Positions 57,919-64,000 of a DNA stretch of 64,000 bases are shown here, one piece after another. The position numbers and the translations under genes were made by a program. This stretch comes from Acidobacteriota bacterium (GTDB taxonomy: Bacteria; Acidobacteriota; UBA6911; RPQK01; JAJDTT01), in the NCBI GenBank assembly GCA_965217775.1, contig CBDCJH010000002.1, positions 3,712,001-3,776,000 of the forward strand, given 5' to 3'. The notes under the pieces are model-generated. The model saw only the letters and a program-made list of their open reading frames with translations. It searched no databases and had not been told where the DNA came from. Positions within the stretch are counted from its first letter, which is position 1, and every line of letters starts with the position of its first letter.

Positions 57919-59448
57919 CTAGTTCCCGAGCGCATTCTCACTCCGTCGAGACTTCAAGGCTTCGAGCATCTCAAGTAACTTGCCCACGACCTTGCGCTCG
58001 GCTTGGACTTCCAGATAGCTGTGCTCGCCCCGCCAAGTCTCGAAACCGCCCAGCGGATGGTGTCTGGGCGGGGGAAGATAGCTTCTTCCGCCCGCCAGGG
58101 AAATCGTGAACGTCGACCCGAAAGGGCTCTTCTGCTTCAACTCCAGACCGGTCTCCGCGAAGACTTCATTGGGGATCGCGAGGATTGCCAGATCACCCAT
58201 TCGGACGACCTGCAACGGCCGCATGAGCGTCTCGGGATATTGGCTCAGCAGGGTCGTTTCCAACGCGAAGTACTGCTTCAGCGCCTGGTTCCTGTTGCCG
58301 GGTGAGATCTTGATCGGATACTCGGTCTGGTCCACGATTTGCTGGGCTCGCTCGACTTCGTCCGGACTGGGAAGGCGGACCCCCAGCTCCAACTCGGCGT
58401 TGATCACGTCCAGCGATACCCAGTCCTGGTACTCAAGGGTCTGGTGAACTCGAAAGACCTCGGCGGCCACGACTGCGGCGATCCGATCCACCCAATGATA
58501 CCGGTCCGCCTTGGGCAGGGTCCGCCGGAGGTTTCTCCAGCCGACATCTCCGCTCGTACCGTTGGAGAGTATTCCCACGAACGGCGGATCCTGACGCCGG
58601 ACCTCCAGCAGGCGCTCCATGTGATCGGCGAAGGCTCCGAAGTAGTCGGAAGAAACGTGGCCCGCCGGCACTCCCACGTAGTGCAGCGAATAGTTGGCGA
58701 GGAGAGCGATCGGTCGACCTTCCAGCGACTCGACCGCAACAAATGAAACGTCCGGGTCGACCGGACCGGCCGGTTCCAACAGGTCGGGACTGCCTGCCGG
58801 TGGGTGCATCACGACCTGATCGAATCCCCCCAGGGGATTGTGCACAACGGTTCCGGGCTTCATCTTCCATCTGCGATTGAAGACGAACTCGGGAACCTGG
58901 CCCACACCCCAGGCGATCCGGGCCGGCACCAGATGGTTGATGGCAAGCTGAACCCCGTCCGCGATCTTCAACTTGAGCAGCCGCAGGTAGTCCTCATCCG
59001 GCTCCATCTGGTTGGCCTTGACCAGCGCCGGAGCCGAATGGGTGTGGGTCGCCGACATCAGCATGTGTTCGACGGGGATGCCGGTTCGCTGATGGGTCAG
59101 TTGCTTGATCTCCCACCAGAGCTGCTGGGAAACAATCGTGTTGTCGACGACGACGATCGCCAGTCGCGTCTCGCCGTCGTCCAGGACGAGGCAACGAGCC
59201 TTCAACTCATCGTGAATGTGTTCCGCTCGCCGGTCATGGAGCGCACCGGCCAGGGAAATTCCCAGCCACGGCGTGATATTGCCGGTGGCGGCCCCAGCCT
59301 TGAACTGTCTGGCCCCCTGCGCGGCAAGGAGTTGGTCTGACTGAATCCAGCAGGTGACTGCCAGAGCCACGCCCGACAGGTAGAGAAATCGCCACAACGT
59401 TCCGCGACGCCCGTTTGCCGATGACTTCCCTGCTCCCGCAGCATTCAT
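57919..59448 (-). CDS. Neutral/alkaline ceramidase-like amidohydrolase
   Basis: NITP, IHDELKARCLVLD, SATHTHSAP, FNRR, NYSLHY, SSDYFG, GTSGD, PNEVF. Confidence 0.8.
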   Translation of the reverse strand: MNAAGAGKSSANGRRGTLWRFLYLSGVALAVTCWIQSDQLLAAQGARQFKAGAATGNITPWLGISLAGALHDRRAEHIHDELKARCLVLDDGETRLAIVVVDNTIVSQQLWWEIKQLTHQRTGIPVEHMLMSATHTHSAPALVKANQMEPDEDYLRLLKLKIADGVQLAINHLVPARIAWGVGQVPEFVFNRRWKMKPGTVVHNPLGGFDQVVMHPPAGSPDLLEPAGPVDPDVSFVAVESLEGRPIALLANYSLHYVGVPAGHVSSDYFGAFADHMERLLEVRRQDPPFVGILSNGTSGDVGWRNLRRTLPKADRYHWVDRIAAVVAAEVFRVHQTLEYQDWVSLDVINAELELGVRLPSPDEVERAQQIVDQTEYPIKISPGNRNQALKQYFALETTLLSQYPETLMRPLQVVRMGDLAILAIPNEVFAETGLELKQKSPFGSTFTISLAGGRSYLPPPRHHPLGGFETWRGEHSYLEVQAERKVVGKLLEMLEALKSRRSENALGN

Positions 59449-59505
59449 AATCCGTCTCCCAACCCGACAAATGATCCGCTGAACACAGGGCGGCGGAGCC
59501 TAGGA

Positions 59506-61970
59506 CTGCCCTTTCCCCACATCTCGTGCCGGGCGCATCAGCCTGGGTCTGATTTCATTCATCCGTCTTCTCGTAGAGCGAAGCCCAGACACATGCCGTA
59601 GAGCGTGACGTAGCCTTGCCACATCAGTTGATGCCCGGGTGGGGGGTCGTGTTTACGAGCCAGATATCCCCCCAGGCGGGCCAGCACGAGCACGGCCGCC
59701 CCCAAGTCTTTCGGCGCTGGGAATCCTCGCGACGCGGCAAACGCCCCCAGGACCCGGATTTCCAGATCGGAAAACAGCAACTGCGCCGGCAGGTCCGGGT
59801 CCTCTCGCCCCAGCAGTGTCATCAGCATGATCCGCCAAGCGATGACGGCGTGCATGGCGATGGCCCGTTTCAGACGTTCGGCGGATTGGTGCTGGAGCTG
59901 TTGCACCCGGCATCCGGTCTTGAGCACCCGGAAATAATCCTCCACCCGCCAACGCAGGGCGTACCATCTCAGCAGTTGCTGCGCCGTCTCGACATCGGTC
60001 ACGGGCAAAGTGGTGAGCAGGAACCATTCCAGGCGCTTCCCGTTCGCCGGCGGCGCGACCTCCCGCGCGTGAACCACCGACAGTCTCAGCGACGGGATGC
60101 CGCTCGGGTTCCCGCGCGGCGCCGGAATCGTCAGGGTCTCGTAGCGCAGTTCCATACGAGCCACCCGCGCCGGCCGCGCCGGGCGGGCCGCCTGCTTGCT
60201 GGCCTTGATCCGCGCACTCTGACGCTTCACCTCCAGCAGCATCTGGGCCCGCACCGGCGCCGATCGCAGACGCCCGAACAGCTTCCGCTTCTGCTCCTGG
60301 TCCGGATCCGCGCCTTTCCCGGCCGTCTTCGCCCGGGTCTTCCGCTTCAGCACCCGATCCTGCTTCGCACGCACCACCAACTCCACCTCCGGAGTCGCTC
60401 GTTGCTCGGCGAACAGGGCGAAAAAATCCGCCGCCCGGTCCACCACGCTGACCACCCGCACTCCGTCCAGTGACCGCGACACCTCGGCGCAGTCCCGAAG
60501 TCCCTCGATCCAGCGATACGTCTTCTTCTTTTTCTGCGTGGCCGCCGGTCCCGGCTTCGGCGCGTCCATCTTTGCCCGCAACACCCCCAGCGGCAGCCCC
60601 GTCTCACTCACCACCAGCGTCGCGTGCAGATGCAGTCCCCGCGCCGTCGCTCCCGTCTGGTTGCGCCCGATCACCCCCAGTCCCTCACACTGGCCGTGCC
60701 GCGTGAAGTTCAGATCGCTTCCGTCCTGGATGCACAGCACCGTCCGCTGCCCCTGCATCCGCTGTCGCGTCCGCTCCCGGTGCGGGGCCAGGATGTTCTC
60801 GACCGTCACCGCCGAGGCTTCCGGCTGGTCAATCAGCCGGTAGTATCCCTTGACCGCCGCCGGATCGCCCCGCGCCACTCCCGTGAACGCCCGCCCCGGC
60901 TCCTGCGCCTGACGCTCCGCACTCTCCACCAATCGCCGACTCAAGCGCCGGTCTCCCAGCGGCGCCCCGCCCAACTCCTGCTGAGCCCAGCCCTCTCCCT
61001 CCAGTCCCTCGCCCTCCGACATCGGTTCCACTCCCCGCCTCGGCGCCGGTCCCACCCCCAACCGCCGCCGCCAATCCCGGCACAACTCATACCCATAGAT
61101 CGCCTTGCTCGTCTCCGCCGCCCGGTGCGCCCGATCTTGCCGGCCTCGACCTTGCGTCTTCCCCAGAACCCTCCAGTTCGAGGCGCGCAAACTGGCCCCA
61201 TCGTGGCGGTCCGTCTCCACGAAGGTCTCCACCAGCCAGGGCCGGTAGCCGTAGCGCGCTTGGAACTCCGGACCCAGCCGCCGCAACGCCTCCCCCAGCA
61301 CCCGGGAGGCCAGATTACGACATCTCACCGACGGACGGATCAGAAACCGGCTCAACCCCACCACCCGGTGCAGGTGCGCCCGGCGTTGTTCCTCATCCCA
61401 ACCGATCCAGCGGTCCCGGTCCCGCAACCGCAACGCCGCCGCCCCGAAGCCCAAGCCCCCCAGCCAACCGTGGGCCGAGCCCACCAGATAGCGTAACTGA
61501 GCACCCACCAACGGCCCCGCGCCCCGCGGATGCTCTCGCGCCATCAACTCGTTCCAGAGCGCTCGCAGCGGACTCGTCTCCACCAGAATCAATTCCAGCT
61601 CCCGCACGCCGTCCACCGTCGCGGGCACTCCCACCGCCTCCGGCACCGCTCGGCCCAGTCCTCGGGGCCCGCAATGTTTCACCCGCCGTCGCGGCGTCGG
61701 CAGACGAATCCGTCCGCGCGCCTCCAACTCCCGTAGCGCCTTCAGGCAGCCGCTGCGTTGCGCCCGCCCTCGGGCATCGTGAAATCCAAACTCCGAGCAG
61801 ACCCGGTCTGCCAGCGCCGTCCGGTGGGCGAACTTCTCCCGCCTCATCACGGCGTGTAAACGATCCAACTCTCGGCTCAAAGTGCGCTTGATCTGGTTCT
61901 GAACTACCATGTCGTGGAGACTACGACAGGCAATCTTGTTTGTCCAGCATTACTTGTGGGTATAGGGCAG
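59506..61970 (-). mobile_element. IS4-family insertion sequence with 16-bp TIRs and 8-bp TSD
   Basis: CTGCCCTTTCCCCACA (59506-59521) vs reverse complement CTGCCCTATACCCACA (61955-61970); GCCTAGGA at 59498-59505 and 61971-61978. Confidence 0.92.
59559..61910 (-). CDS. IS4 (IS50/Tn5-like) DDE transposase fused to an N-terminal DUF4338 (DruA-like) domain
   Basis: N-half: GAQLRYLV, RDRWIGW, SRFLIRP..NLASRVL, VETFVE, NWRVLGKTQGRGRQD. C-half: LGDRRL..RL, IQDGS, DRAAD, YALRWRVEDYFRVLK (YREK), ARLGGYL..PPG...W.G. Confidence 0.92.
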   Translation of the reverse strand: MVVQNQIKRTLSRELDRLHAVMRREKFAHRTALADRVCSEFGFHDARGRAQRSGCLKALRELEARGRIRLPTPRRRVKHCGPRGLGRAVPEAVGVPATVDGVRELELILVETSPLRALWNELMAREHPRGAGPLVGAQLRYLVGSAHGWLGGLGFGAAALRLRDRDRWIGWDEEQRRAHLHRVVGLSRFLIRPSVRCRNLASRVLGEALRRLGPEFQARYGYRPWLVETFVETDRHDGASLRASNWRVLGKTQGRGRQDRAHRAAETSKAIYGYELCRDWRRRLGVGPAPRRGVEPMSEGEGLEGEGWAQQELGGAPLGDRRLSRRLVESAERQAQEPGRAFTGVARGDPAAVKGYYRLIDQPEASAVTVENILAPHRERTRQRMQGQRTVLCIQDGSDLNFTRHGQCEGLGVIGRNQTGATARGLHLHATLVVSETGLPLGVLRAKMDAPKPGPAATQKKKKTYRWIEGLRDCAEVSRSLDGVRVVSVVDRAADFFALFAEQRATPEVELVVRAKQDRVLKRKTRAKTAGKGADPDQEQKRKLFGRLRSAPVRAQMLLEVKRQSARIKASKQAARPARPARVARMELRYETLTIPAPRGNPSGIPSLRLSVVHAREVAPPANGKRLEWFLLTTLPVTDVETAQQLLRWYALRWRVEDYFRVLKTGCRVQQLQHQSAERLKRAIAMHAVIAWRIMLMTLLGREDPDLPAQLLFSDLEIRVLGAFAASRGFPAPKDLGAAVLVLARLGGYLARKHDPPPGHQLMWQGYVTLYGMCLGFALREDG

Positions 61971-61976
61971 GCCTAG

Positions 61977-62135
61977 GAGCCTGCGCCGTAGAAATGATCG
62001 TAGCGAGAAAGTGGGGAATCGAGGCCAGATTTTCTCGATTTGGAGGTGCATAGTCGTTCTATTCGCCGAGAAATCGAGGAAATCTGGACCGATTCTACCG
62101 CTTTCGCAGTAGATTGATTTCTGCGGCGCAGGCTC
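61977..62135. mobile_element. Palindromic MITE family B (159 bp, CTAG TSD)
   Basis: GAGCCTGCGCCGTAGAAAT ... ATTTCTGCGGCGCAGGCTC; CTAG at 61973-61976 and 62136-62139; interior is self-complementary. Confidence 0.85.
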
Positions 62136-62159
62136 CTAGGACCAACAGTGTCGCGACCT

Positions 62160-63545
62160 CTATGGTTGCGGTTCCTTCACCTGCCCTACGAGTTGGTGAA
62201 TCTTGCGTACCACGATCTCTTCGATCTCAGGGGCAAAGGGCCCGGGCAGCCCGACCAGCAACATCGATCGTTCCGGCTCGTATCCACCTTCCTGCAACAC
62301 CCGCCGCGAGGGAATATAGGTCGTAATGTCATTCGAGTAGCCGACGATCCACACGTCTCGATCGCGGGCGGCCAGTTCCTTTCTCAACCGCACCGCGTAG
62401 TCGGCGACCACTTCACCGCCCAGGGCGATCAGGGTGAGAGAAGGCCCCAGTCGAATCGCTTGGAGCGGCAACCGGTGGTGGCTCACGAGCTTGCCGTCCC
62501 GCTCCAAACGAGACAGCGAGTACTCGGCATGCCGGCGGACGTAGTCTTTTTCCGCAGAAAGTCTCTTCTGAAGGAACTCACGCGTCGGAGGTGGACCGAA
62601 CGGAACCGGGACGATGGCCAGCGCGCTGTCCAGGTTTCCGCCAACCGGCCGGCCGCCGTCCGACATCGCCTCTGAAACCGCGGCCGCCAGCGCTCCTCCA
62701 TGCCGGCGAGCCAAATCGAGGCTGCCTCGTTCACCGGGTTGGGCATCTCCTCCACAACCCTGCATGAACAGGGCCACCGCCCCCGAATGAGCCGCTTCCA
62801 GATCACTTTGCGCAAAGCCCGGATAGTCGCCACTGATTTGGTGAAAATCGCCTCGAAGGGTGGTGGGATGGCAGGCGTAGCTGAAGAGAATCGCTTTGAC
62901 GCCCCCATTCTCGCGGGAGACTCGAAGCAGGGGGACTCCGTGGTCCACCAGGCCCTCAGGATTGGGGGCCAGCTTGACGCCCTCGGGTGTGGGCAAGCGG
63001 CGATTCATCGCGAAATTCGCCTCACCCCGGTGAAAGGAGAAGCGGGCCGGCGCCAGGTCCGCCAGGGCCTCACTCACCGCCCGCACCATTCGTTCCTGCA
63101 CCAGCCGGGTGTAACGACGCAATCCGGCAAGCTGATCCTGGTCGAGAACGTACATCATCTCCAGCGGACGCCGAACATGCTCGACCAGAGGTCCCGTATG
63201 GGTGTGAGAGGCGTTGAACAACAACTGCCGGCGCTGGAGTGCGTGCCGCCTTTCGATTCGCGCGGCCACGGGTTCGATCATCTCCCCCTCGAACCCGGCC
63301 AGGTCGGAGGTCACGATCACGACCCGGTTCCCCGCCGGATCCTCTATCGCCAGAGCCCGGACATGGATCTCATGTGCGATGCCCTCAGAGAAACGGACTC
63401 CCACGTATCCCCACATGCAGACCGGCTCTTGCGGCGTAATCGAGACTCTGGCGACTCCTGCCTTCCAATCCGCCGCCCGGAGCGCCGACGGGGCGTTCAG
63501 CGCACTCAGAGCGAAGCACAGAACCACAAAGACCGTCCTGGTCAT
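62160..63545 (-). CDS. Secreted neutral/alkaline ceramidase-like amidohydrolase
   Basis: Signal peptide; SITP, NASHTHTGP, MNRR, YACHPT, SGDYPG, QGCGGD, GEVVADY, YIPS..VL.EGGYE. Confidence 0.82.
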   Translation of the reverse strand: MTRTVFVVLCFALSALNAPSALRAADWKAGVARVSITPQEPVCMWGYVGVRFSEGIAHEIHVRALAIEDPAGNRVVIVTSDLAGFEGEMIEPVAARIERRHALQRRQLLFNASHTHTGPLVEHVRRPLEMMYVLDQDQLAGLRRYTRLVQERMVRAVSEALADLAPARFSFHRGEANFAMNRRLPTPEGVKLAPNPEGLVDHGVPLLRVSRENGGVKAILFSYACHPTTLRGDFHQISGDYPGFAQSDLEAAHSGAVALFMQGCGGDAQPGERGSLDLARRHGGALAAAVSEAMSDGGRPVGGNLDSALAIVPVPFGPPPTREFLQKRLSAEKDYVRRHAEYSLSRLERDGKLVSHHRLPLQAIRLGPSLTLIALGGEVVADYAVRLRKELAARDRDVWIVGYSNDITTYIPSRRVLQEGGYEPERSMLLVGLPGPFAPEIEEIVVRKIHQLVGQVKEPQP

Positions 63546-63724
63546 GAGCCTCACATTCCTCCAACCTTCCTTCGGGATGCCTCTCGACTCCGGAACGTCT
63601 GCTCCCACCGGTCAACGGCGTCAACAGAACGCGGCGAGGCGCATTTTCCCTCCCGGTTCGCGGGATTCGATCTCGTTGACCGAAGAGGAGACAATCGCTA
63701 TTCTGACCGCGATTCAACCATCTT

Positions 63725-64000
63725 ATGTCAACCCTGGCACTCATCACCATTCTGCTTCTGTCCCATGGACTTGTATGTGCCCAGGACGTGCGGGACGAAG
63801 AAGTCGACGACTACTTCAATAAATGGCTCCGCGAAGACACCGTGTACATCATTTCTCCCGAGGAAAGATCCGTCTTCGAAAAGCTCTCGAGCCCGGAAGA
63901 GAAGGAACGCTTTATCGAACAATTCTGGTTTCGTCGTGATCCCGATCCTGGAAACGCGTTTAACGAGTTCAAGGAGGAACACTACCGGCGCATCGCCTAT
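63725..64000 (+). CDS. GWxTD domain-containing protein (3' end outside the window; absent from the ORF track)
   Basis: Manual translation: MSTLALITILLLSHGLVCAQ...KWLREDTVYIISPEERSVF...ERFIEQFWFRRDPDPGNAFNEFKEEHYRRIAY, the typical GWxTD N-terminal motif. Confidence 0.85.
   Translation, partial: MSTLALITILLLSHGLVCAQDVRDEEVDDYFNKWLREDTVYIISPEERSVFEKLSSPEEKERFIEQFWFRRDPDPGNAFNEFKEEHYRRIAY

Noticed and set aside
59559-61910. Druantia anti-phage system
   Set aside because: No DruE helicase or other dru genes are present; the DUF4338 domain is part of an IS bounded by TIRs and a TSD.

Overview
High-GC bacterial DNA. A GWxTD protein, an Oar-type TonB-dependent receptor, CRTAC1/FG-GAP proteins and DUF1553/DUF1501 pairs suggest Acidobacteriota (inference). 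The window is mostly an accessory catabolic region: five CocE/NonD hydrolases, hydantoinase/oxoprolinase A plus two B paralogs, three ceramidase-like amidohydrolases, a DMFase large-subunit homolog, two PLP aminotransferases, sialidase-like and GH109-like Tat proteins, and an APC permease. Mobile DNA is interspersed throughout. The most striking element is a 1,255-bp unit (3298-4552) carrying only an apparently catalytically intact TnpB. It is bounded by 24-bp terminal inverted repeats and an exact 8-bp target-site duplication (AAACAATA), which are DDE-transposon (IS1595-like) ends rather than the hairpin ends of IS200/IS605/IS607. The predicted omegaRNA scaffold appears to run into the right inverted repeat. 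Also present: a four-copy ~158-bp palindromic MITE that edits host proteins and shares ends with a decayed IS1182-like remnant; a DUF4338-IS4 transposon inserted into a second MITE; REP clusters; a duplicated DUF1501 3' end bracketing a HigBA module; and two toxin genes each hit by a single point lesion. No rRNA, tRNA or CRISPR array was seen.
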